A DNA stretch of 32,944 bases from an uncultured virus (IMG/VR IMGVR_UViG_2695420475_000004). Taxonomy: Duplodnaviria > Heunggongvirae > Uroviricota > Caudoviricetes. The notes beneath the pieces were generated by a model. The model saw nothing but the letters and a program-made list of their open reading frames with translations, was not told the origin of the DNA and did not search any database. Below, piece by piece: positions 25,346 through 32,944 of this stretch; the first letter of the stretch is position 1; each line of letters starts with the position of its first letter. The DNA lies in IMG/VR virus record IMGVR_UViG_2695420475_000004; one strand, given 5' to 3'. Position numbers and translations under genes: made by a program.

Positions 25346-27240
25346 CAGAGCACCTGCCCATCGACGACCTCGCGGGTGAGCTGCTGGCGCGCGATCCTGC
25401 GCACGCTGTCCCGGACGCGCTCCGGATCAATCCCCAACCCGGACAACGCAGAATCGCTCAGGATGCTGTCCCATCCTTTGATCAGCCGCGACACTTCCGG
25501 CTCGTCGACGGGCCCCATGAACCGGTGATACTCGTGCGTCGGGATGCCCTTGAGCCGCGCGTGCTGCTCACGGTCGTTCGTGCGGACGCGGCGCTTGCCG
25601 GCCAACTCGAGAGCGCGGCCCACCATCAGATCCACCACCGCGAGCTCCACATTGGCTCGTGCGCTTGCCTGCACACCGCTGCCGTCGTCCTCGGTGTCCG
25701 GTTCCTTCTGCTGCTCAGCACCCGACGCGTCACCCTCCCCGTCACTTTGGCTGGGCGGCAGCGCCGCAACGGACTCAGGGAACTCGATGCCCTGCACCGA
25801 TTTGTCGAGCAGCGGCAACAGATCACGCAACAGCGTCGGGTCTTGGCTGACCTTGTCCTGCGCCCACTGCTGCCAGCCATCCAGACTGTTGAAGTCGTAC
25901 ATCGCATCGTCTGGCAGTCCGTAAATTCGGACCAACGTCTCCGCGGTGATGGCGCCCTTCTCGAAGGCGTCCTTAGCTTCGTCGGTCAGATCCGGATCGG
26001 AAGTAAGGGCGGAGGCGTCGTACCAAAGCGTGTACTTCTCCGGGTCGATGCCGTCATCTTCGAGCATGCCGCGGAGCACGCTGGCGTCGATCGCGTGGCA
26101 GATCGTTTCCATAACCGGGGCAATATGCAGGTGCACGTCCTGGTCTTCGATCGCCCATGCGGACCAGTGATTTCCCGTGCTGAGTCCGAGCAGTCGTTCC
26201 GGGGACATGTCCAAACCCATTGCGAGGCGCGCGATGGCGTCGGTACGGGTTTCGATCGCCACCTTGGTGACTTCCTTGCCGAAGTCAATGTGGGCGACCT
26301 TCTCGAGGTGCTCGCCCGGCGCGGCGACCACGATCGGCACCAGTGCCGCAGCACTGTTTGGGTCCTTGGAGGCTGTCTCGGAGACCTGCACAATCGCTTG
26401 TTGCAGCGTCGCGGCGACCTTCCGGCCCGCCTGAGGTTGTGGTGTACCTCCGGGCTTGTCTGCCGAGACGGGCGCCTGCTGGTCGGGCAGACTCGCCTCG
26501 GAAGGCACCAGCAGGATGCCGTTGTTCAACAGTCGCGAGTTGTCCGCGTTGGCGATCTTGCGTGTCGTGCGGACGATCTCACGCAGAGGGTCAAGACATG
26601 CCCGCACTGGTGAATCCGGCTCCGAGGCGTCCTCGGCGTCAGGATTCCACACGCGGAACATGCCATCGCCATTGCCGTGATCGAACACGTGCTTACTGCC
26701 GTCGGGCAGCTTGATCGTCACACTGTTGCTACGCGGGCCCTGCTCGATTTCCCTGCGGGTGACGGCGTACCACTTGGCCACCAGCTTCTGGTGCTCACCG
26801 GTTCCCTCGGTGCGCATCAGGATCGCGATCCACAACTCGCCGGGAATGGTCAACACTTCGGCAGTGCGTTTGATCAGCTGCGCCTGCCCCAACCGGCCGC
26901 CTGCGATCTTGCGGACGATCTCGACGACGCGTTGTCCCTCGCGGTTATCCTCGGCGATGCCTCCAGTCGGCTCCCCCGTGTCGGGGTCGATCTCGGAGGC
27001 GACGAATCGGACGCGCGAGCACGAGTTAGCCCGCCAACCAACGTAATACCGCAGTTCCCCGACCGATCGGTACAGCTCCCACGCCTCGGACTGCCAGTTG
27101 TTCCGGCGCCCCATGCTGGCTTTGAAGATCTGCCCAGGATCGGTCACCGGGGTACTGGCCGCGGTGAGGGCGCGCGGCGCCGACGCAGTCAACGCGCCGC
27201 CTCTACGGCGTCGAACAACACGCAGGTCTTGGGCGGCCAC
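25345..27240 (-). CDS. Portal protein (631 aa)
   Basis: WQSEAW...VGELRY, RLAMGLDMSPERLLG and NHWSAW motifs. Lies between terminase and protease. Confidence 0.9.
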   Translation of the reverse strand: MAAQDLRVVRRRRGGALTASAPRALTAASTPVTDPGQIFKASMGRRNNWQSEAWELYRSVGELRYYVGWRANSCSRVRFVASEIDPDTGEPTGGIAEDNREGQRVVEIVRKIAGGRLGQAQLIKRTAEVLTIPGELWIAILMRTEGTGEHQKLVAKWYAVTRREIEQGPRSNSVTIKLPDGSKHVFDHGNGDGMFRVWNPDAEDASEPDSPVRACLDPLREIVRTTRKIANADNSRLLNNGILLVPSEASLPDQQAPVSADKPGGTPQPQAGRKVAATLQQAIVQVSETASKDPNSAAALVPIVVAAPGEHLEKVAHIDFGKEVTKVAIETRTDAIARLAMGLDMSPERLLGLSTGNHWSAWAIEDQDVHLHIAPVMETICHAIDASVLRGMLEDDGIDPEKYTLWYDASALTSDPDLTDEAKDAFEKGAITAETLVRIYGLPDDAMYDFNSLDGWQQWAQDKVSQDPTLLRDLLPLLDKSVQGIEFPESVAALPPSQSDGEGDASGAEQQKEPDTEDDGSGVQASARANVELAVVDLMVGRALELAGKRRVRTNDREQHARLKGIPTHEYHRFMGPVDEPEVSRLIKGWDSILSDSALSGLGIDPERVRDSVRRIARQQLTREVVDGQVL

Positions 27241-27247
27241 GTCGCAG

Positions 27248-27266
27248 ACGGTAACTGTGCAGGGTG
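27248..27266 (-). promoter_or_regulatory. Putative late promoter CACCCT-N7-TACCGT, leaderless (portal)
   Basis: CACCCT GCACAGT TACCGT CTGCGAC GTG fills the whole 26-bp gap. No SD. Confidence 0.72.
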
Positions 27267-27692
27267 TTACTGGTTGTGGTCGTCGCCGCTGGAGACAATT
27301 TCCATCTCATCAGCTGACAGTGGAGCGGCCAGCCCGACGACATACGAACAAGCCAACGCCACACCGAACACAGCCCACCACGGCCAGCCGATGAGATGCA
27401 CCGGCGCCACCGCGGCAGCCAGCGACAGCCAAAACCCCACGCACCAGGGGCATCCAAGGAATTCGGCCAGCAGGTTCCAGCGCGCCATCCGGCGGGTGTG
27501 CGATTGCGCGGTGACTGGATGGCCGGCCGTTCGCGCCTCATCGGCAGCGATCATCCCAAGGTTCGCGCGGTGAGCGATCCACAGCCGCACAGGATCCAGA
27601 ATGGTGTCGTAGTTGATCAGCCGCACGAGTCGCATCACAGCGAGCACATAAATGATCAGGATCAGGACGGTGAGTCCGAGACCAAGGTTCAT
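27267..27692 (-). CDS. DUF1360-like membrane protein (141 aa)
   Basis: N-terminal TM, RLVRLINYD, CPWCVGFW and C-terminal TMs. Start re-called to ATG 27692. Confidence 0.7.
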   Translation of the reverse strand: MNLGLGLTVLILIIYVLAVMRLVRLINYDTILDPVRLWIAHRANLGMIAADEARTAGHPVTAQSHTRRMARWNLLAEFLGCPWCVGFWLSLAAAVAPVHLIGWPWWAVFGVALACSYVVGLAAPLSADEMEIVSSGDDHNQ

Positions 27693-27700
27693 GGTCGCCG

Positions 27701-27719
27701 ACGCTAAGACCAAGGGGTG
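27701..27719 (-). promoter_or_regulatory. Putative late promoter CACCCC-N7-TAGCGT, leaderless or near-leaderless
   Basis: CACCCC TTGGTCT TAGCGT CGGCGACC ATG. Confidence 0.7.
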
Positions 27720-27750
27720 AAACCGATCCCGCTGAAACTGTCCTACAGAA

Positions 27751-28305
27751 TTAGGACACCGCAGCTAGACGCTTAGATTTGCGGTGCTCCTGCTTGCGTA
27801 GTCGCGCGCATTCGCGGCAGAACTTGCGGCCGCCATGCTCGTAGACGTTGTACTTGACTTGCGCGTGCCCGCAACGGAACAACGTGAGCGTGCCAGCCAG
27901 GTGGGCATCGATAAGCTGATCTATCTGCGTGCGCAGACGCGCTGCTTCGGCCCTGGACTGATCCGCCTCGTGTCGGGTGGCCGTGAGTTCGATACGCTCC
28001 AAACGCAGTTCGTCGCTGACCTCGCGCGCCTCTCGCTGCGCGACCACGAACGCCTGCGTCATGTCCTCGGCGCGGATCGCGCGGATGAGGCGCAAGCTGC
28101 AGCCGGTTCGAGCAGCGATGTCTTGGGCCGTCATACCCGCGGCTGTGAGTCCAGCGACGAGCCAGGCTCGGTCCTGATCGCACATTTCGGTCATCTTGCG
28201 GAACGATTTCGGGGATGAAAGCACCGCCGCAACCATCTGTGTATCGGGTTCCCACCGCTCCGGCGTCGTCAAACCGCGCCCACCGGAATCGAGTTCATCG
28301 ACCAC
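27751..28305 (-). CDS. HTH + coiled-coil + zinc-finger DNA-binding protein (184 aa)
   Basis: GMTAQDIAARTGCSLRLIRAI (HTH-like), a central heptad region and C-terminal CGH-x15-CREC. Confidence 0.75.
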   Translation of the reverse strand: MVDELDSGGRGLTTPERWEPDTQMVAAVLSSPKSFRKMTEMCDQDRAWLVAGLTAAGMTAQDIAARTGCSLRLIRAIRAEDMTQAFVVAQREAREVSDELRLERIELTATRHEADQSRAEAARLRTQIDQLIDAHLAGTLTLFRCGHAQVKYNVYEHGGRKFCRECARLRKQEHRKSKRLAAVS

Positions 28306-28363
28306 ACAAACGACACGGTAAACCGGCAGACCAGTGGCACACGATTCAGAACGCGCCGAAACC

Positions 28364-28555
28364 CTAAACCGTTACGTTGCCGGTGATCTGAGTCACCGTT
28401 TCATCGAGACGGGCCATCAGCCGCACCGCCGCCTCTGAAACCGCACCGGCTGGAATCACATACCCTCCCCAGTTCGCGGAGCACCGCATAGTCTCGGTGT
28501 AGATCGGTGTCGGATCAGGCCCAGCAATCGGACCGCCTCGCGCGAACTCCATCAT
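28364..28555 (-). CDS. Small hypothetical protein (63 aa) resembling a tape-measure repeat motif
   Basis: ATGA overlap with the upstream gene. FARGGPIAGP...GGYVIPAGAV. Confidence 0.55.
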   Translation of the reverse strand: MMEFARGGPIAGPDPTPIYTETMRCSANWGGYVIPAGAVSEAAVRLMARLDETVTQITGNVTV

Positions 28556-28806
28556 CGCCTGCCTGTCCGTGCCCAGCGCTGGCCGCGATCAGCGCTGTCC
28601 AACAACTCGATCCGCGCCGCCAACTCAGGATCGAGCACCGCCAGCATGTCCGCATACACACCGCGGCGCTGCAGCTCTGCGATCAGCGTCGACACCTGCC
28701 CCACGTTCGCAACCGACTGCGGACTACCCACACGTACACCGAGCGCGAAGCCCAGCGCCGCATCCGGCAGAGCCGCCAAACGTCCATCGATGGTTTCCGA
28801 GGCCAT
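28552..28806 (-). CDS. Hypothetical protein (84 aa, MASETIDGRL...)
   Basis: Start re-called to ATG 28806, after the terminase stop and 7 nt below the promoter motif. Confidence 0.7.
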   Translation of the reverse strand: MASETIDGRLAALPDAALGFALGVRVGSPQSVANVGQVSTLIAELQRRGVYADMLAVLDPELAARIELLDSADRGQRWARTGRR

Positions 28807-28813
28807 AGCCAGG

Positions 28814-28832
28814 AAAGTACCTCCGCACGGTG
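28814..28832 (-). promoter_or_regulatory. Putative late promoter CACCGT-N7-TACTTT, leaderless
   Basis: CACCGT GCGGAGG TACTTT CCTGGCT ATG. The GGAGG 13 nt from ATG could alternatively be a distant SD. Confidence 0.55.
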
Positions 28833-28835
28833 ACG

Positions 28836-30365
28836 TCACCCGACCTTGCGTGACATCCAATCGGTCAGGTCCACCACCGAACCAGTGGGGCCAGCAGTGC
28901 GAGCAGTCGGGCCGAGTGCGCCGTCGACCAGCGGCGCTGAGATGTCCCACTCCAACCCGGCCGAGTGCACGCAGACATCGTGTCCAATCACCAACGCCGC
29001 CAAGTTGTCCGGCTGATGCTGGCCAGCCTGCCATGCCACCGCCTTTGCCTCGAACTCGGGGAAATGCCCGGCTAGGCGGCACGTCCCGACTTCCAATGCC
29101 TGCAGCAGCGCGGCCGAGCGCGCTACCGCATCGCCTACGCGCGGTCGGCCCTTCGGCGGCCACGACGACACCGTGATCGGCCGGTTCAGTGCGCCGTTCT
29201 CTTCAGCGCGGGTGATCGCTTCCTTGACCACCCGCGTGTACGTCTCGCGTGCCGCGAACCCCTCCACCGCGATCTCGCTGGCGCCCACATCGATGGCCAG
29301 CTGCACTGATTCGCGCGCCCACTGGTCCGAGGTCATCGGCGCCGACTTGTCCGCGATCAATGCCACCACGCTGTGCGCGGTGAGCGACGTTGCCACCAGG
29401 CCGCACGAGTCGCCCGATCCGCTGTCCGATGGGTCCACCGCGACAACGGTGAACACCGGCCGCGACGGTGCGAGCGGCAGCCGCCAATCGTCCATCCACT
29501 TCTGCTTCACTAGCCCGCCAGCCGGCGTCGTGGGCTCACCGCTATAGAGCGCGAACCAGACCCGCTCGCCCACGGTGCGTCGGGTCGCCGCGAAATGCTC
29601 CGCCGTGAAGCCCAGCGCGGAGACCATCGCAATGCCTGGGGCACGATTCAATGCGTCGGGGATCTTCGGATCTGACACAGCTGGAATGTTGGTGCGCCGC
29701 CACCGATCCGGTTCCTGCTTCAATAGCGCGCCGGCCAAGTCTTCCTCGTGCCAGCGCGTCATCACTAGCAGGATCGAGCCGCCCGGATGCACACGTGTCG
29801 AGAGGGTCGACTGGAACTCATTCAGCACCCGCCTGCGGTGTGCCTTCGAATCGGCCTCCGCGGCGTCCTTGACGGGGTCGTCGATGATCATCATGTCGGC
29901 GCCGAATCCAGTGACACCGGAGTTGATGCCCGTGGCCAGCAGGCCGCCCTCGTGGCCGTCGACGCGCCACTGGCCCACCGCGGTCTTGTCCCGCGCCAGC
30001 CGATATCCCAGGAATTCGGAGTGCTCGTTGATGATCTTGCGGACCTCGCGCGAATGGGTCTGCGCGAGCTCGTCGGAGTAGGAAACGATCACGATCTCGA
30101 GATCGGGGTTCTCCCCCAGTGCCCATACCGACGTCCAAATGGCAAGCAGGCGTGACTTGCCCGTGCGGGGCGGTGTGCTGACCGCGTCGCGTTGGTCAGC
30201 CTCTCTGACCGATCGCACTGCGAGATCAGAGAGCAGCCGGATCGTTGGTGTCACGCGGAACTTCGCATCAAGTCGCCGCGCCAGCTCGGCTGGGCTGGCC
30301 GGCCGCCGACGGGAGCGCGCAGCCCGCATGTTCCGGGCGGCCGCCAAGCTCAACACCGCGGACAT
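28836..30365 (-). CDS. terL: Terminase large subunit (509 aa)
   Basis: Walker A PPRTGKS, Walker B MIIDDPVKD, coupling motif MTRWHEEDL and nuclease VAVDPS...IAVE. Confidence 0.93.
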   Translation of the reverse strand: MSAVLSLAAARNMRAARSRRRPASPAELARRLDAKFRVTPTIRLLSDLAVRSVREADQRDAVSTPPRTGKSRLLAIWTSVWALGENPDLEIVIVSYSDELAQTHSREVRKIINEHSEFLGYRLARDKTAVGQWRVDGHEGGLLATGINSGVTGFGADMMIIDDPVKDAAEADSKAHRRRVLNEFQSTLSTRVHPGGSILLVMTRWHEEDLAGALLKQEPDRWRRTNIPAVSDPKIPDALNRAPGIAMVSALGFTAEHFAATRRTVGERVWFALYSGEPTTPAGGLVKQKWMDDWRLPLAPSRPVFTVVAVDPSDSGSGDSCGLVATSLTAHSVVALIADKSAPMTSDQWARESVQLAIDVGASEIAVEGFAARETYTRVVKEAITRAEENGALNRPITVSSWPPKGRPRVGDAVARSAALLQALEVGTCRLAGHFPEFEAKAVAWQAGQHQPDNLAALVIGHDVCVHSAGLEWDISAPLVDGALGPTARTAGPTGSVVDLTDWMSRKVG

Positions 30366-30369
30366 GACG

Positions 30370-31596
30370 TCAGGCAGCGTTCGCGAACGACACCGGCTCG
30401 CCGTCGAGCGCCGGCACGATGCCCGTGTGTTCCTCGAACCGTCGCAGGATCACATCGGCATACCGCGGGTCCAATTCCACACCGAAGCAACGCGACTGGC
30501 GACCGTGCGCTGCGATCAACGTGCTACCCGAACCCGAGAACGGGTCCAGCACCACGCCACCCTGAGGCAGGCTGTTCCCCAGCATCGCGTCGATCAGCGC
30601 AACAGGCTTCATCGTCGGATGCTCAGCGTTACGGGCTGGTTTGTCCACCTCGAACACCGTGGTGGACTTGTTGTCGCCGAACCAGCGCTCGCCGCCGCGC
30701 CCCAGCCGACCTTCGCCCCCCGGCGTGAATCCGTACAGGATGGGCTCGTGCCGGTACTGGTAGTCCGAACGGCCAAGCGCCATCGTGTTCTTCACCCACA
30801 CCAAGTTCTGCCGCACCTGCAACCCAGCTCTGTCCATCGCAGACTCAAACGTTGTGCGCTCGGTGTCCGCGTGCGCCACGTACACCGGGGCGCCCGGCCG
30901 GGCCACCGCAGCCACCACATCGAACGCCGCCTTGAGTAGCTCGAAAAGGCCACCCGTCACATCATTCTGGATCCGCAACGCCGCCTTCGTCTTTCCCACG
31001 TAGTCCACGCCGTACGGCGGGTCTGTCCACACACAATCCGGCTGCACATCGCCGCACAACGTCCGCACGCCGCCGAGATCGGTAGCCGACCCGACCAGCA
31101 GCCGATGATCACCCAACGACCACAGCTGGCCCGGCCGCGACACAGGCGACTGCGGTGCCGGCGGAACGTCATCCGGATCGGTCAGCGTCTCTGGCGGGAA
31201 CAGATCCCGCTCCATCGCCAACAGATCATCCAGCGCGTAGCCCGTTCCGCCCAAGTCCTCGATCGACGACAGCAGCAGATACAGGTCGGAGGTGTCGTAC
31301 TCGCCCAGGTCGGCCAGCCGGTTGTCGGCCGCCACGATCGAGCGGGCGGTGTCCTCGTCGACGTCCACCATGCCGACGTCGATCGTCTTCCAGCCGAGAG
31401 ACCGTGCAGCCATCAGCGTGTGATTCCCTGCCAGCACCTCGTTGCGGCGGCCGGTCTGGCTGCCTCGGTTGACCACGATGGGCCGGTACTGGCCGTGCTT
31501 CGTCAGCGAAACAGCGATCTCGCTGACATCCCCCCGGCGCGGGTTGCCTTTGAAGGTGCGCAGTTCATCGACGGCAAGCTGGGTGTATTCGGGCAC
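30370..31596 (-). CDS. ParB/Srx-like N-terminal domain fused to an N6A/N4C DNA methyltransferase (408 aa)
   Basis: GNPR...PIVVN...LAGNH...ADNR (ParB-like), then catalytic TDPPY before HPTMKP and LDPFSGSGST (beta order). Start re-called to GTG 31596. Confidence 0.9.
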   Translation of the reverse strand: MPEYTQLAVDELRTFKGNPRRGDVSEIAVSLTKHGQYRPIVVNRGSQTGRRNEVLAGNHTLMAARSLGWKTIDVGMVDVDEDTARSIVAADNRLADLGEYDTSDLYLLLSSIEDLGGTGYALDDLLAMERDLFPPETLTDPDDVPPAPQSPVSRPGQLWSLGDHRLLVGSATDLGGVRTLCGDVQPDCVWTDPPYGVDYVGKTKAALRIQNDVTGGLFELLKAAFDVVAAVARPGAPVYVAHADTERTTFESAMDRAGLQVRQNLVWVKNTMALGRSDYQYRHEPILYGFTPGGEGRLGRGGERWFGDNKSTTVFEVDKPARNAEHPTMKPVALIDAMLGNSLPQGGVVLDPFSGSGSTLIAAHGRQSRCFGVELDPRYADVILRRFEEHTGIVPALDGEPVSFANAA

Positions 31597-31603
31597 GCGC
31601 GGC

Positions 31604-31622
31604 AGTCTGGCAGGGAGTGATG
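31604..31622 (-). promoter_or_regulatory. Degenerate late-promoter match CATCAC-N7-CAGACT, leaderless
   Basis: CATCAC TCCCTGC CAGACT GCCGCGC GTG. Box matches 4/6, no SD. Confidence 0.45.
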
Positions 31623-31723
31623 AAACACGAACCCAGCGATTTCGCACCTATCGAAGACCAGCGCGCTGAATACTTCGAACACCGGCCTTCGGTACGCACC
31701 GAATCTCACACGAAAGGAACTCC

Positions 31724-32221
31724 GTGTACTACTTGGTGAAGCCAGACGCAACGGTTCTCTGGAGCGAGATAAGCGAATACATGATCGACACCCTGGTGAA
31801 AGAAAACCCTGACTTCAACGTCGACTACTCCCGCTTCGACTGGAAGCCAGCAGAGCGGCTATTCGACGCAGGGCTCCTCAACATTGCATTGCGCTACGGA
31901 GCGCGCACCCGAGACGGCATCGCCGTCGCTGGAAAACACCTCGTGGAGCTAGACCATTTCCTCACGATGCGGGCAATAGTGCGCAAAGAGCTTGTTCGTG
32001 ACTCAACCAACGTGCCCCACGCGGAACTCTTCGAGCGAGTGTGGCCCGGCTGGAAAGACAGCATGCGCGAGCTGGACCAGAACGTACTCAAATCCCAACA
32101 CGCGAACTACGAACGCGCACAACGCGACATGCTCGAAGCGTTCGAGACACCGATCAAACCGCTACTTGCCGAGCATTGGGAAATCCTCGGCGGATCAATC
32201 CCACCTTCGGTCTCGGTCTAA
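31724..32221 (+). CDS. Hypothetical protein (165 aa), divergent from the late operon
   Basis: Strong SD GAAAGGA 5 nt before GTG, globular-looking composition, no overlap with other credible genes. Confidence 0.75.
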   Translation: MYYLVKPDATVLWSEISEYMIDTLVKENPDFNVDYSRFDWKPAERLFDAGLLNIALRYGARTRDGIAVAGKHLVELDHFLTMRAIVRKELVRDSTNVPHAELFERVWPGWKDSMRELDQNVLKSQHANYERAQRDMLEAFETPIKPLLAEHWEILGGSIPPSVSV

Positions 32222-32292
32222 GCGCACCAAGCCAGCAGAGGCCCCACTAACAACGCCGTTGCGCGATTGCCATTTTGCGTACGACAATCCCT

Positions 32293-32685
32293 TCAGTGGG
32301 TCGCCCTAGCCTGGATTCCGATCATCTCCAGCAAGGGGAACCCGGCAATCCTCTTCGCGGGATTTGACCGTAGCGTCCGGGAGGACTTCGTTGTGGTTAT
32401 CAGGAAGATCATGGCGCCGAGGGCGATGCCCCGCGATAACTCCGAATAGTTGTTTTCTGGAACCGACGACACATAGAGCAGTGCACCCAGAACTGCCAGC
32501 GCAAGAAGGACTTTCGCCCATCTGGGGATGTCCATAAACAGACGATTGAGTGCGACGTCAAGATTTCCGTAGGTCGCCCAGGGCCGACGAGCAAGAGCGC
32601 CGCCATAGAACACCAGCACTACTACTGTTCGAAGCGCAAAAAACGTCGACAACATGGAGATACTCGACACCCAAAAATGATTCAC
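32293..32685 (-). CDS. Small multi-pass membrane protein (about 130 aa)
   Basis: Three clear hydrophobic segments. Start re-called to GTG 32685 (or ATG 32655) to avoid overlap with the upstream gene. Confidence 0.6.
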   Translation of the reverse strand: MNHFWVSSISMLSTFFALRTVVVLVFYGGALARRPWATYGNLDVALNRLFMDIPRWAKVLLALAVLGALLYVSSVPENNYSELSRGIALGAMIFLITTTKSSRTLRSNPAKRIAGFPLLEMIGIQARATH

Positions 32686-32704
32686 AGGGCCGCGCTCCGG
32701 GGCT

Positions 32705-32944
32705 CTACTTCTGCATCTCGGTGCAGATGGTGAACATGCGGACGGGGTGTTGGTATCCGACGGGGCACATGTCGGCGGTCCTGGCGCCGAGGACGACCCT
32801 GGTTGGCCGGAAACGATCGACTGCCGCGGTGTCGTCGCATGCCACTGCTCGTGTGGCATCGTCGCCGATGCTCAGGCAGCGAGTGCTCGTCCAGTTCAGG
32901 TCCAGGCATGCGGTCCATTCACCGGCGGCAGTGTTTCGGTAGTA
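32705..32944 (-). CDS. LppU-like mycobacterial lipoprotein, C-terminal 79 aa (5' end outside window)
   Basis: Manual translation: YYRNTAAGEWTACLDLNWTSTRCLSIG...VACDD...CPVGYQHPVRMFTICTEMQK*. The Cys spacing and WTACLD / HPVRxFTxC pattern are as I recall for the LppU family. Confidence 0.7.
   Translation of the reverse strand, partial: YYRNTAAGEWTACLDLNWTSTRCLSIGDDATRAVACDDTAAVDRFRPTRVVLGARTADMCPVGYQHPVRMFTICTEMQK

Larger units (their letters stand above)
1..31622 (-). mobile_element. Siphovirus-type (pro)phage structural/assembly module of an actinobacterial, probably mycobacterial, phage; boundaries lie outside the window
   Basis: Co-oriented terminase-portal-protease-capsid-tail-tape measure-minor tail order with many overlapping start/stop codons. 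No integrase or att site is visible in the window. Confidence 0.95.

Noticed and set aside
24954..25430. N-terminal 159-aa extension of the 944-aa ORF
   Set aside because: It overlaps the DUF3307-like gene and the portal end. The TGATG-coupled ATG at 24953 is a much better start.
32682..32942. ORF-track calls 32682-32918 (-), 32550-32942 (+) and the 5' part of 32293-32859
   Set aside because: The third minus-strand frame encodes a recognisable LppU-like C-terminus over the same bases.
1..32944. CRISPR array, tRNA/rRNA genes, IS elements, integrase/att sites, endolysin
   Set aside because: I saw no regularly spaced short repeats, cloverleaf-like segments, transposase/recombinase motifs or stand-alone lysin ORF by eye. 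tRNAscan, Infernal and HMM searches would be needed to exclude them formally.

Overview
This window is the virion-morphogenesis (late) region of a high-GC actinobacterial siphophage, most likely a mycobacterial prophage in a draft assembly. It is encoded almost entirely on the minus strand. Transcriptional order from right to left: ParB-fused DNA methyltransferase, large terminase, two small ORFs, an HTH/zinc-finger protein, a membrane protein, portal, a DUF3307-like membrane protein, a MuF/maturation-protease fusion, a small CxC protein, separate hexamer and pentamer capsid proteins (cluster-B-like layout), a holin pair, major tail, head-tail/neck genes, one tail chaperone, a 1863-aa tape measure, minor tail proteins and a glycine-rich tail fibre. 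Positions 1-6.6 kb hold several divergent copies of the tail-fibre module. Every junction between copies is an N, so the tandem layout is probably an assembly artefact, although it shows that at least 2-3 alleles exist in the sample. The main signal I read from the sequence is a fixed-spacing motif, CACCCC-N7-YANNNT, in front of 10 late genes. Eight of these have the start codon 6-8 nt downstream (leaderless). The other two, major capsid and major tail, have SD-containing leaders. This looks like a phage-specific late promoter with a box near -23. A second signal is a near-copy of the capsid's likely maturation site/N-arm (GxVAxGGWxAPSxQxY, 11/16 identical) in the linker of the MuF-protease fusion. 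The right end carries accessory genes: a divergent unknown ORF, a membrane protein and the C-terminus of an LppU-like lipoprotein. All protein family calls come from motif recognition and gene order, not database searches.
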